Made by a program: the position numbers and the translations under genes. The notes beneath the pieces are model-generated. The model was not told where the DNA came from. It searched no databases and was given only the letters and a program-made list of their open reading frames with translations. A stretch of 63,470 nucleotides of DNA, the filler included, from Octopus bimaculoides (taxonomy: Eukaryota), in NCBI RefSeq assembly GCF_001194135.2. It is 4 parts of 4 records of this genome, joined end to end, with 100 filler letters (N's around TTAATTAATTAA, not from the genome) between each part and the next. Parts side by side here need not be neighbours in the genome. Positions count along the whole stretch, not along the records: positions 24,094 to 34,043 come from NC_068983.1; positions 34,144 to 63,470 come from NC_068982.1; 2 more parts are not named here. One strand, written 5' to 3'. Below, in pieces: positions 24,591 to 37,971 of the stretch. Numbering within the stretch: position 1 is the stretch's first letter; every line of letters starts with the position of its first letter.

Positions 24591-25460
24591 ATTATTATTA
24601 TTATTATTATTATTATCATCCAGTTGTCTTATTTTTATAACGTGTTTTTTTACTGCATTACCGAGCGAAGATTCGTGTGACATGCGTATTTGCTGTTCTT
24701 TGTGGTGCTTTTATTTTCACACTTTTGGAAGTGATTTACGTAGGATGTCTGCGATGCCAAGTAGTTCTACTTTTTGTATGTTATATATATTCGTAAGTCC
24801 TGGTGTGTTGGCTATGCATTTGTGTGAAAGTTTTTAATCATATTTAACGCACCTTTTATTATAGGGTTTGATTCTCATTTTAAATTCCATGTTCGGGTCA
24901 GTTCTGTTTCCAGATCTTTGTATTTTGATAGTTTCTCTATTTCTTTTTGATATACATTGTCAACTGCAAGTATTGATATATCGATTAGAAGGCATTTGTT
25001 CTTGGATATCTCTAGCACCTATATCCGGTTTATTATCCTTGATTTCTCTATCTAATTGTATTGGCATATCCGAGAGTAGGATTGCTTTGTCATATTCTAT
25101 GACTTTTCCTGGGGTATGTATGCCTATAGCATCTTTTTTTCTGTAGTTATTCCATGGTGTCGGCGTAGCTTCCAGAGTAAATAGGTGCCAACTTTGTCAT
25201 GTATGTTGATATATTCCAGGACTTCGCCATGACTGCACAGCCAGACAATATAATGTATTGTCTCTTCTCCATCACCACATATTCTGCAGTTACATTCATT
25301 ATGTGTTTTTTGTGATTTCTGGTGGGGAGGCTTTGATCTTGTGCTGCAATTAAGAATTGCTTTGTGTCCTGAGCTTCTCAGTCATTGTTGGGACTTTAAT
25401 TTCTGCTTAGCTTATCCCAATATTTGCCATATAAGGGCATAGAAACCGTAATCTATGACC
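24591..25460 (-). mobile_element. R4/Dong-clade element 3' part (CCHC finger, RLE endonuclease, 3' UTR, (AAT)n tail), decayed
   Basis: PLYGKYW, FLIAAQDQSLPTRN, CRICGDGEETI, HDKVG and KYKDLETEL motifs across frameshifts; (TTA)n at 24591-24613. Confidence 0.85.
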
Positions 25461-25610
25461 CCAAGCGTAGCTAGGTGGTAGTGGTAGGTGCAGGACTTTT
25501 AAAGGAGCATCACTTTTGGGTCTGCTGTAGGCAATATGTTTTTTTGTGGGGTCCGGGGACGGCAAGTGCGACAGCTGCCCCGGGTAGCACAAACTCTAGC
25601 TACGCTAGTG
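25460..25610. mobile_element. Short MITE-like element
   Basis: Inverted repeat AGCGTAGCTAG (25464-25474) / CTAGCTACGCT (25596-25606). Confidence 0.55.
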
Positions 25611-25639
25611 GCTGTGATCTACATATAATACAAAGATAT

Positions 25640-26015
25640 TTGTTGTTGTTGGCACTCCGTAGCTTACGACGTCAGGGGTTCCAGTGGATTCGATCAACGG
25701 AACAGCCTGCTCGTGAAATTAACGTGCAAGTGGCTGAGCACTCAACAGACACGTGTAACCTTAATGAAGTTCTCGGGGTTATTCAGCGTGACACCGTTTG
25801 ACAAGGCTGACCTTTTGAATTACAAGCACAAAAGTAACAGGAAATAAGAGTGAGAGAAAGAATACAGCTGGGTTCGCCACCATCCCTTGCCGGAGCCTCA
25901 GGTGTTTTTGCTCAATAAACACTCACATCGCCCGGACTGGGAATCGAAACCGCGATCTCATGACCGCGAGTCCGTTGCTCTAACCACTGGGTCACTGGGC
26001 CATTGCACCTTCACA
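25640..26015 (-). mobile_element. SINE family A with an internal deletion
   Basis: Reverse complement of family A; 12-bp TSD ATACAAAGATAT at 25628-25639 and 26016-26027. Confidence 0.92.
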
Positions 26016-26760
26016 ATACAAAGATATATCGAAAACATATATGACATGTCTCTGCAACTTTTAATTTATTTAGTTTATTGATGTGTCTTAACTGTATAAT
26101 CGAAATTAATCGTCCTGTTTTCGAATCTCGAAAGTATCTTTTACCCCACGCGGTAAATACTCAATATCCCCCTCTTTAATTCATTTCTCGTTCTTTCTTC
26201 CTCTTTCTCTCACCTTCTCTCTTACTCTCTCTCTCCCTCTTTCTCACTGCCTTTTCCTCTGTGGAGCACAAGCTTTTTGTTACTAAAAACAATATGGGTG
26301 TTTATTTACAGCCAAGAAGGTCTCCGTCAAAATACGATAAGCTATGACCTTAGTATAATGCAAGGATATATCGAAAAATATATGTACGTATCTGCAATTT
26401 TATTTGACTTATTGCTCTGTGTTAAAAGTAACTTAACCATCCCGTCCTCGAATTTAATTACTTTCTCGAAAGTAACTTTAACCCGACGAGGTAAATATTC
26501 ATTTCTTCCTCTCTAGTTCATCCCTCAATCACTCTTCCTCTCTCACACACACTTCTCTTTCTTTCTCTTTCTCTCAATCTCTCTGTCTGCCTCACTCTCT
26601 GCGGAGCACAAGTTGTAGCTGCTACTAAAAACAATATCGCTGTTTACTTACAGCTAAGAGAGTCCTAGTCAAAATACCGTATTATACTAAGTATAATACG
26701 GTATTTTGTATAATACCAAGTATAATACAAAGATATATATAAAAAAATGACATTTTAATT
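26016..26760. repeat. Tandem duplication of about 340 bp (2 units plus start of a third), with a perfect 39-bp palindrome at 26670-26708
   Basis: Repeated anchors (ATACAAAGATATAT, CTCGAAAGTA, GGAGCACAAG, CTAAAAACAATAT); CAAAATACCGTATTATACT-A-AGTATAATACGGTATTTTG. Confidence 0.85.
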
Positions 26761-27104
26761 TATTTCTCGACAGAAGATTTTCTTGTTTAGGCAGCAAGGA
26801 GCGCTACAGCTGGCAAGTTCTGTCGGTGCTGACCGACCAACCAACGCGTCCCCTCTACCAGCTTCCCTATTATTCAACATCTACCTCACTTCCGTGTTTA
26901 CAACCATTCCTAATCGCTCAGTTGATCTGCATGCACTAAACCGCCTAGTCTCTTTCTTTGTCCCACTCGCCCAGTCGATCTGTATGAGCTAAACCGAACT
27001 TGCTGTGTTAAATGGCTTCCTCCCATCCCCAGTAGATCTTCCATTCTCTTCCCATTTTCTTTTTTTTATCTTTCTCCTTTTACTCTGCTTTTTTTTCTTT
27101 CTGT

Positions 27105-27860
27105 CAATGCCGGGGTGGTGAGGAAAGTGAGTGCCCTTTACTTATAAAATGCGCCAATGGATTGCTCCTGACAGACAAGCCCGAATCCTTCGTCAAACTA
27201 ACAGGAGAAAACAGGGAAAAGGCGTGTATCTGGAGTCATCGAATTACAAGTGCTCTAAGTAGGCTATATTCGTTAGCATGGGATGGCAAGTAGCCTTAGA
27301 GGAAAACTCTAAGTTCACAATCAGTGGAGCAAAGCTAGCTTATCAGAGATGGGGTCTCGATAAAAAATACCGGTTAGTAGTAACCTAAAAACATACTTCA
27401 TTTGTGAGTGAAGATGCCAAGCAAAATAGATGAAGATAGTGGCGTGAACGGAGCTGGGACCGACGGAGTTGTCGCACCCGGCAGGTGTCTCACTGTGCAG
27501 CAGGGATGAATCCAGCCGCTGCTAGCCGTGCTACAAGCCATAAGTGGAGTAAACAAGTAAATATGATGGCGTTTGAGTGTTACTACCGGACTACCCCAGT
27601 AGTTGCGAATGGCGTGCCTGTCAGAGGGTACAGAAAACAATTGCACAGGGCATGGAAGGCAGTGGACTGTTTGAAATTGCAGAACAAAGATTATGTAAGC
27701 AAGCAAGAGCAATTCGATGACTTGGATGGTTAACAGAATTGGACCAAGAAGGTATTAAAAGAAAGATATCAGCTGGGCATACGAGAAAACAAAGTGGTAT
27801 AGTGGAAGGGATGGAGAATCGTTTGAGAAAGAATTGAGATCAGTGACTAAACAATGAAGC
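27105..27860 (+). mobile_element. R4/Dong-clade element 5' end (5' UTR and ORF start), decayed
   Basis: ATG at 27414; HKWSKQVNMMAFECYYRTTP...RGYRKQLHRAW matches the R4-type N-terminal W...N..CYY...GYR..W motif. Confidence 0.7.
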
Positions 27861-27929
27861 CCGATTAATGATATACATGTCCACTTATTATTATTATTGT
27901 TGTTGTTTTGTGGTGATTGAAAGGGTTGC

Positions 27930-28340
27930 AGACGTGTACCGTCCTCTTTGGCCAATGCCTCATTGACTTTCCCTAAAAGGGAAGGTGAGGCTGGAGAGGA
28001 AGCTATTGTCACCCAGTAAGCTCGTTGAAAGGTGGGTGAATGTGACAAGAATGGCCCGCGTGAATGGATCTACTCTAAGTGTGCGCCAGTAGGCTGGATG
28101 GAAAGGAGAAGAGATGGTGCATTCTTGAGGAGTCGTTGATTTTAAAACGTCTAAAGTGCATAAGGTCACTTTTGTAACTTTACGGTGGAAATCCCCCCTA
28201 TTGAGGTAGCATATCGTTGATTTAATCTCTGTTAATCGTTGTGATCATTTACTGATTAGATATTTAACCTCACTGTCCCTAGTGTGTGTATCGTCCTCTA
28301 TGTACTGTGTTCGGCCCTAGTAGCCGGAAACGAAAGTGTT
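27930..28340 (+). mobile_element. Possible CR1/L2-type LINE 3' end
   Basis: Weak W....VV.S..V.DFK-like terminal motif followed by a (CAT)n tail. Confidence 0.3.
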
Positions 28341-28383
28341 ATCAACATCATCATCATCATCATCATCATCCCTTCTGCTCTTA

Positions 28384-29330
<947 letters not shown>

Positions 29331-29378
29331 GATCATCATCATTGCTGTTTTTGTTATTCTTTTTCTTTTAATATTTTT

Positions 29379-29444
<66 letters not shown>

Positions 29445-29479
29445 TCAATTATTATATCATTATCATTATTGTTTATCGA

Positions 29480-30050
29480 TGAAGCTGAACGTAGTATGGA
29501 ATGTTGTGCTTTGTTCACTGGTGTAAAATTTGTCTGTGTTGATTTTATTGCGCCTTTTCATACATGACTAGGTCCAGAAGAGAAGAGAAGCAAGTCAACC
29601 GCTTTTTGTAAGTTGCCATCTGAAGCAGAATCTTAGATAGAAATTTTCGAAAGCGAACACACTTCAAAAGCGCGTTGTCATTGTAAACCAATAAACAAGA
29701 CAAGAATGTAGGAGGAAGATTCCGAGGTGATACCACTTTTCACTGTCATTACATCCCACACAATACTATAGACGCAGTGCTAATCGAAATTACATCAGTA
29801 GCAACAAAATTAAAAAGATGACTAGCAAAAAGAAAATAATTACAGCTACAAGAAAAACAACAGTAGCATCTGCATGTAAAATGACATGTAACGGAAAGGT
29901 TTTTCCAAAACTACGACCTGTATCAGTAGCAGTAAATCCTAAATACACAACACCCGGTGCGATGTATTAATGGTAGCTTCATCGAAGACACTAACAACAT
30001 TTTAAGCTCGATATCATCCCCGAAATTGATAGAAATATGAAAATTTGCAA
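29480..30050 (-). pseudogene. Decayed hydrophobic coding-like tract, possibly the C-terminal TM part of a family-B/adhesion-like 7TM receptor
   Basis: Multiple hydrophobic stretches broken by stops and frameshifts (VVFLVAVIIFFLLVIF; YILVLFIGLQ*); recognised by eye only. Confidence 0.25.
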
Positions 30051-30059
30051 GATGTGGGA

Positions 30060-31590
30060 AAACTAAAAGACAAGAACGGAGAACACGCTCACTCTAAAAC
30101 ATAAGACCGTTTAGTGCTAACAGAACTCAAAACAATTTTGGATAGATACTTTCCAAAAAAAAAAAAAAAAAATGTCACAAATTTCAAGCAACCTAAGTTC
30201 TGTGTAAGAATTATCTTGCAAAAGATCAGTTTTATGGAATAAGGCCATATGTTTGAGTACATCAAAAGTTATTTTTCACTCTGGAACTTTGGCGAAAAAA
30301 GAAAAAAATGTATTCCACAGTTCCTCAAAATAACTTAAGATATTGCTTTAATACCGATTTATCTGGGACAGAGAGTATTGCGAGTAAAATTCGTATACAT
30401 ATGACAAGAACTAGACTTTCAGAGGGTATTAAAATGTAAGTGTAGTAAACACCTGGTTCACAAGAAGTTGACAAATTTCATTGGGGTGAAATCTGAGAGA
30501 CTGGATTAAAATCGTAAAGTAATAATGATCCCAACTTGGAAGCAACTACAGGTGGTAGATGAAAGGAGTTGACATTGATGCCAAAACTGTGAAAATTGTA
30601 GTCGGCTACAAGCGCTCTGCTGTCAAGAACAACAGAAAATAAACGTTGAAAGAACGACTCTATTACTACTAACACCACAAATTCAACACCAACAACAGTG
30701 ACCACTAAAACACAATTAATTACGGTAAATACAGCAAAAGCATATAAAAACAAAGATTTTGCCGCAAGCTACAAGACCGGAAACAGCACCGCCAGCAATA
30801 GAAAGCAATAATAAACCTGTTAATGAACAGTACAATAACAAAAGAAACAAGTGAAACACCGCTCCCAATGGCCACCAAATTAAAAACCACATCAGCAACT
30901 AGAGGTCTCTACAAACAGGGGGGAAAAAAACAATGAGCAAAAGACAATTTGAACTCTGTCGAGGGTTACAAGCTGCTAGTTTTGATTATGTTCACTTGGA
31001 GGCCTTAGCTATTAGCAAAAATCAACTGGCATGTTCATTCCGGAGGAATTTTTTGTAGGAGTCCATGGATACTACCCATGGCTTTGCAGTGTTATGGAAA
31101 CTGATGGTTTACTGGTTTAGATTAAATTCTGTAGGTAAGGTAAGTAATTACCATCAGTCATACCGGCCAGAAACGCAGGGCAAAACAAGTGATCCGTACT
31201 CCACATATTCATGCAGTGCCAAAGCTCTGCCAAATTATGGTTTTATGCCAAACATGTTGTCTTTCGTAAGAAGGATTCAGTTATCAACTTTGTCGACTAT
31301 CACGATCGTCCTGCCGCCTTTCTTTATCCGGCGAGGAAAGGTACCGACTATTTGCCTGGTGCCTTTGGCAAAAAAGATTTTGCGGGGGAAACAGTAAAAG
31401 TGCTTTCAATAGACCTCTTTCTGTATGGCCCTGACTTTATCAGTTTTCATTAGTTTTACATACAATGATAAGTGGAAATGCTGAAATAAGTGCTATTACT
31501 CAACAGATTTGTTGAAAGGTGGTCGAGACAGACAGGTATTATTCCAGTAAAGGCGTCTGCTGAAACTATGTTCCCGTACAATGCAGGAGA
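30060..31590 (+). mobile_element. L1/Tx1-type LINE remnant (ORF1-like, Thr-rich linker, ORF2 C-terminus)
   Basis: IPIYLGQRVLRVK (ORF1-like); SVLHIFMQC...LWFY zinc-finger region; IVLPPFFIRRGK..ICLVPLAK; RFVERW terminus. Confidence 0.55.
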
Positions 31591-32520
31591 ATAGGTGTCG
31601 AATATTTGCCCTAGTGATGAGGATGACAGTAATTCTGTGAAATTTCCATGAGAATCTCCAGATGCTTTCCAATTTTGGAAAATGGCAGACAACATATACA
31701 AGGAATTTCTTTCACAAACTTTAACAGGTTTCTTTACACATATTGCATTCCCACAATAAAAACTGCTGACACACAATAGCACCAAATGACAAATCACGTT
31801 TGCGATTTTTAAAACTCTCAAAATCAAAAGATACAAATAAATATATAGGAGAAAGAATATAACTGAACAGTATAATGAAACATTAGTTGATGAAAAGAAG
31901 CTAAATACACAGATACGTCGTCCATAATTCATCGACAGTACAAACGGCAATACAAATTTCAAAAGAAACGGAAAAAGCAACAGTAGCTAGTCGAGCACGA
32001 TTCTAAATACTACAACGATTTCTTAGGGCAGCTGTGCGAAATCAAATCTCCAGAAAAATGTTTTTCGTGCGTTCCCTCTGACGTTATACATTTCGAGTTT
32101 AAATGTTGTTGGTGTTTAATTTGAATTTTATCCTGAAGGGGATATTTGGCAGGACGTGAACTCCAATGAGGGAAAACAACAGCGATGAGATATTCATGGT
32201 CGAATCTGCCAGAGGGTACTCAGATAGAAATGATCCGTTATTATTTTGACTCTTGTTGATCTGAGTACACAAGATGAATTTACTATGTGTTCGGCAAACA
32301 TCAGCATGCATCAACAAATAGTTTGTTTGCTGAATTTTATAAACAAGAACTCTTGTTCTTAGATCCATCGGTCCTATAGTATAGCGTTGATTGCAGAGGC
32401 ACAGAAGACGTTCGAAATACCGCACTCTTTCTAAATCCCCTTACACCGGTGAACCATGTGTGTTATCGACGCACGTCGTCGGAAGGGAGAAGGTGTTCTC
32501 CGATGAGGAATAACTTCCGT
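31590..32520 (-). pseudogene. Decayed coding-like tract, possibly the ectodomain and TM1-4 of a family-B/adhesion-like 7TM receptor
   Basis: Cys-bearing N-terminal part, then LISHSC...TSYCCFF, IMDDVSVYLASFHQLMF and CSVIFFLLYIYLYLL hydrophobic segments with many stops. Confidence 0.3.
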
Positions 32521-34043
32521 GATCATATATCTATGTTTGAATATTTCAGAACGTATTGAAAATGAAGAAATATGCCTTCCTTTGTATTTTCGGTATTCTG
32601 CATGCAAAGTTTGTTTTTATTTCATTTCATGCAAAGTTTTGTTTTCATTTCTAAAAGTATAGAAAACAGAAGCATCAAGTTATCAGAAATAAATTCACGA
32701 TGCACATTTTAACATTTACAGATAGTGATTTCAAGCACATGATAACATTTACTGATAAATGGGTTTAAGCACATAATGATAGGATAGGCTTTGAAGAAGG
32801 AACAAATGCGTAAGATATTGGATTAGTTGATTCATCGAATTGAATAAACGGGATATGATATTTAAAAGAGTATAAAACGCATCCAGCATTGGTAAATATT
32901 ATTTATAACAATATTCTTATAAAAATGAATTAACTGCGAACTATTTTTGATATCCTGTAGTATATGTTTTCTTTCACATAAGAATATCTTCTCACTGGCA
33001 TTCCTTTGTTTCCTGTTGACATATGGTGGTGACTTTTATGAGGTTGCGTTCTGGTAATCAATTGAATGTTCCATCGCAATTTGAATACATTTTAATGACA
33101 AAAGAGAGAATGAAATTTTTGAATAGAGATTTAGTCACTGGTATGACGTCCGCTAACCGCAAAATAAACCAAGAAATTACACAAACATAGACATGATTGT
33201 CTCAAATACATACACTAATATCATATTAGTGTGAGAGTGTGCATGTGCATATACATATGCAAATACATGGTTTCTGAGTGCGCTTCTCTGTGTGCATACA
33301 CAAATGCATAAATAATTCGGATTAGGTACACATGTTTATACATTTTATATTCCGCTTCAATGTAAACTACTATTATAAAGATATTTCCAAGTGTTACAAA
33401 TATTGTTTCCACATGTAACTACTTACGATCTCCTTGAAGAGAAAGCAAATTTGATATATCTGTGTTGTAAATGTTATGATAGTTAATGTGTGGGTGAATG
33501 TGTCGGTGATATACATAATTACAGAAGAAAAAATCTATAAACTGAAATGTTGGTGGAAGGGTAAAAAAACCTAGGTTGCACTTATAAAGATTAAGATAGA
33601 ATACGTAGGTCTGAAAGAATTTGAGTTTGTGCGAGACATATATTGTGGGGTTTCTATTTGCAGATACTGCTTCATTCCTTTCTTGCATCTTTGGAGAGCC
33701 TTTTTCATTATGAGTAGAGGTGATGGATTTGTTTCAATATATTCGGTTATCGACCACCATCTTGTGAATTGATTTGTTAAACGCGAATTGAAAGACCGTC
33801 CGATCCTTTATATTGAACACTCAATAGTTCATCTACATTCAATACTTTATTTCATGGTGCCATCCATTTTTATTTTATTTTATTTTATATTATATATTGT
33901 ATATTATATTATATATTGTATATTCCATATTCTATAATCCACATTGGTTCTGCAGGAATATAAATAAAACATAAAAAACAGACGGTGTTGGAACTCTTTT
34001 AAACAAAATAATATATTCCTCTATATACAATCATACAAAAAAA

Positions 34044-34143
34044 NNNNNNNNNNNNNNNNNNNNNNNNNNNNNNNNNNNNNNNNNNNNTTAATTAATTAAN
34101 NNNNNNNNNNNNNNNNNNNNNNNNNNNNNNNNNNNNNNNNNNN
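34044..34143. other. Artificial scaffold-join spacer
   Basis: 44 N + TTAATTAATTAA + 44 N. Confidence 0.95.
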
Positions 34144-34345
34144 CTAATTGGTTCCAAGACGTGCGACTTGACTCGAAAAACGATGTAACACGAAGAATCG
34201 TTAAAAAAAAATGTATTAGTTCACATCTGTTTTAATAAATGATTTGGACATATTTTCGTTTGTATTTTTGATTTTCTGCTTCATATTAGTTTTTATATGC
34301 TTATTTTTTTTATATAAAAAAATAAGACGATGTTAGTGAGTATAT

Positions 34346-34376
<31 letters not shown>

Positions 34377-35018
34377 ATGTATGTATGTATGTGTGCGTGT
34401 GTGTATCTATGTATGATGCTTGCATGTATGCATGTATATATGTGTATTCCTAGACCTTATTTCATGCGTAATTTCAATTTGATGTCAATGTATTATTATA
34501 TTTCACTAAGTACAGTAAGATTTTTTGGTAGGATGTTAAGAGATACTTCGTATTTTCCATATTTTCTGTTTTGATTTCATTCCAGATTTGTTCAGATTTT
34601 TTTCTGCCAGATTTTGGCAGAAAAATGTAATATTATAAAGCACCTTTCCCACCGTCATATCAAAAGCGAGAGTTCTTTTTTTTTTTTTGAAACATTGATG
34701 AACATAAAATCTCTGGCAGAGATGGATTGACTGAATTTCGACGAACTGAAGGCAGATTTCTGCAGTACAAAATGTTTAATCGATCTTTGAAGTTTGGAAC
34801 AAATATGCTTAGTCCATTTAGGGGAAGATCAATGATTTTTTTAGCGTTGCTCAAAAGTTTAAAACAAAAATAGTGTGTAAGGTGGGGATCGCAAATCGCA
34901 ACAAATGGACACGTTTTTATATATTCTAACTTTCTTGTAGCAGAACAGATGCATATGAAACAGTAATGTTGTGAAACTGCTACAAATATAATAACAATGT
35001 TATTATATTTGCAACAGC

Positions 35019-35489
35019 GCAGTCAACGCTGGATTAACCATTAAGCAAAATAAGCACGTGCTTAGAACATCAAGGGGTGGGGGCACCACAGAAACGAAAA
35101 TGGTTTACGGCACAAAAGAAATCGCTTTAAACTTGCTAAAATGATATTCGTAATGCCTTATCTCTACTAAGTATAGAAACAGAAGTTTTACATAAAATTA
35201 GTTTTAACAATATCATCGAAGACTTAGCAATTAAAAATACAAAAAGCAAAAAACAAAACAAAACAAAAAAAAAAACAAGGAGAAAACTTTTAAATATAAA
35301 TAAAGTAGAAGCATACAAAAATAAACTTTATTTTCCATCCTACTGTTAATTTTGTTTCACTTCGAAAAATAAAAATTGATTTTATGGTTTATTATTTGTT
35401 TACATTTTGAATCATTTACGTATACGTAAGAGCACCAAAACCTTTTAAGTGCTTATGGCCTCTATGGGCCTTAATCCGGCCCTGACTGC
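35019..35489. mobile_element. Non-autonomous DNA element with CAGGGCCGGATTAA-type TIRs
   Basis: GCAGTCAACGCTGGATTAA (35019-35037) versus TTAATCCGGCCCTGACTGC (35471-35489). Confidence 0.65.
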
Positions 35490-35599
35490 AATGAATATTA
35501 ATTTACCTATGGAAAGTAGTGGCAGACTACACTTGTGTATCATAACTTAATAACATGGTCATTTTATAATCCAACAAAACCATCATTAAAGTTCAAGCT

Positions 35600-35950
35600 T
35601 GTATTTTCAAAATTTAATCCTTCTTAAGCCTTGGTCCCGATTTTTTGATGTCGGCTCGACTAGAAAGTGTGTTCCCTGTGCAATTAGGGCAACACACCTC
35701 CATCTGCCACTGCCATTGTTATGTCTACTGCCAAGAAGGTTGGTTCTCTTTTCCGTGTTAGCAAGTTTCTGACGCCTGAAAGCACCTTGTAAGGCCACCA
35801 TTCAACCATGCATTGAATATTGCTGTCATCTTTGGGCTGGTGCTCCCTCTTATTGTATTGACTTGATCGAATTCAGAATCGTGTTATTAACATGATAGGT
35901 CGTCTTCCTTCTACAGGGTTGGAGTCTTTGTCTTTTAGATGGTATTGTGA
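35600..35950 (+). mobile_element. CR1/Jockey-group LINE RT C-terminal fragment
   Basis: AKKVGSLFRVSKFLTP...KATIQPCIEYCCHLWAGA...DRIQNRVINMIG. Confidence 0.75.
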
Positions 35951-36294
35951 CCTATCATGTCGGGGTCACCATTATAGATGGTGGTGGTCTCACGTGGTGA
36001 AACCATCTAATAACGACTCTGGAATAATAAATATAATGTGCCAGTTAGAAAAGAGAGAGACACAACCGAATAGAATGTCTGAGAGAAGATTTATTGATAT
36101 GTTAATTCGTGTGTTTGCGTGTGCATCATGTATACAGAATAATAAACAGGTCGTTACGAGAACAAAGTGTATGTGTATCTAGGCATGGATGTATGTGTAT
36201 GCGTCAAGTACATATAAGAACAACAATGAAGAGAACAGTGAGAGAGTCTATAATGAGAAGTTAGACGAACTTCAAAATTACTGTAATATTGCTT

Positions 36295-36483
36295 GTAAGC
36301 AGTGCAGGCTGTGAAAGTAGATTTTCCAAGTAGGGGATGATAAAGGATTATCCTCAGAATTTCATAGCAAACAGCAGACTGGACAATTTAGACACAATCA
36401 GCATGAATAGAGGACGTGACGAAAATCTGAATCTTGATGACATCATCCTTCATTTTGCGGCGAAATACTGAAGTAAGAGAATT
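36295..36483 (+). mobile_element. hAT transposase C-terminal dimerization-domain remnant
   Basis: VSSAGCESRFSK*GMIKDY...SRLDNLDTISMNR...LNLDDIILHFAAK matches S.A.CERSFS.LK.IK.YLR...RL..L..IS...LD...II..FA. Confidence 0.8.
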
Positions 36484-36870
36484 GTCACTTTTACAGTTTG
36501 TGTTACTGTAACTGGGCGGATGGGAACATTTGCCTTCTTTGATGTTTCATTTGTTTTATTTATTGTAACTTTGCAATTGCAATGCGAGGTGACTTTGGAT
36601 TTGATTTAGTAAAACTCATTATTACTTATACAAAATCTATATTTGTCCTCACAGTTTTCTAGCAGAATTTTGTACGAGCTGCTATTATTCGGACTTTTAA
36701 CAAACGTTAGCTGTGAGACATCTCAATCGAATGGAAACAATGAAATTGCGTAAATAAGGGCCATAATCAACGGCTGAAAGAACAAAACTCAAAATTGTAA
36801 AAAGTCTCGGTCATTAGGACGTCTTAATTGAAGTTGGGCGCTCATACGGGCTCCCTAAAGGTCTTTCAGA

Positions 36871-37031
36871 CAGTAGTGTAACTTGGTAGGGGTGGCAGGC
36901 AAGAGGGATGGTCCTCCCTGGGCGACACTTTTATGGAAGCAGTACTTTAGGGTTGGTGTATAAGACCCCTCCAGTGAGGGCACGGGAAACTAAAGGGGTG
37001 TCCTGGCGGCACACTCTCCAATACGCCACTG
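36871..37031. mobile_element. MITE with CAGTGGCGTA-type TIRs (hAT-like)
   Basis: CAGTAGTGTA (36871-36880) versus TACGCCACTG (37022-37031), 8/10 match. Confidence 0.55.
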
Positions 37032-37971
37032 CCTCCAAAATATCAACAACGGAACAGATAATTTGAAAATTTTGTTGAGTCAAGGAAACCAGCCTAAAAT
37101 TTGAAACCTGAACTCCCGGCCCACAGGTCATTTTCCCACAATGAGTCTCGGACTTCAATTTTTGATGTGTTTTCTTTTATTATTTGTTTGTTGCATGGAA
37201 ATATAAATACATTTGTTGATGTAGAGTCGACCAACGAAGAATGTTTGTCAGTCCTTCCTTCGCTCATTAATCAAGTGGGTCCACTTGTCAAGGCACAAAT
37301 AAAAAGTAGTCACAGACAAAACAACGGTGTAGTGTTCGTCTCCCGGAAACTCTTCATACCAGAGATTTTCAGAGAATTACAATTCGACCTCGGTGTTAAA
37401 TTTTGACGAAAAGAATTGCAGTCTGGTTTATTTACACACACATGCACTTACTATCAACATGAATCTAAACTTATTCTGCGTGCACGTAATTATTTTCTAA
37501 CACGTGAAAGCATTGCCAGGCAGACACATATTTTGACATACATACACACTGCTAACAATTCGACTCAATTATTCTCATCTACACAACCAACACATACAAA
37601 TATTTCAAAATTGCCTGTATTGGTGTAATTTTCCACGTTGAATCTCAGCCACTAATTCATTTTTTCCAGAATTTTTTTGAAAAAACGCTACTAAATCAGA
37701 AAACAGAATTTGGATGCTGTCATTTTGTACGTGACTGCACGTGCTGTCAACTGTAAACAAATGAAATATTAGCGGAATTCTGCTTTACACACTCTATATA
37801 ACTCCTCGTAACTTTTTTATTTTGGGGAATTTTCAGAAAATTTTTGCGTATTTGTATTCTACGGGAATTCATACGATTACGCAAAAAATAAGAAAAAAAA
37901 TGTTTAATTGGCGCATGATTTAAGGCCTATTTAGGTGGAGAGCACTGCCCAAGGAGTTATGACGGACGAAC

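Noticed and set aside
31456-31980. 174-aa hydrophobic ORF as an intact membrane protein
   Set aside because: Starts at a TTG, overlaps the LINE terminus at its 3' end, and the motif-like segments switch frames; treated as part of a possible pseudogene.
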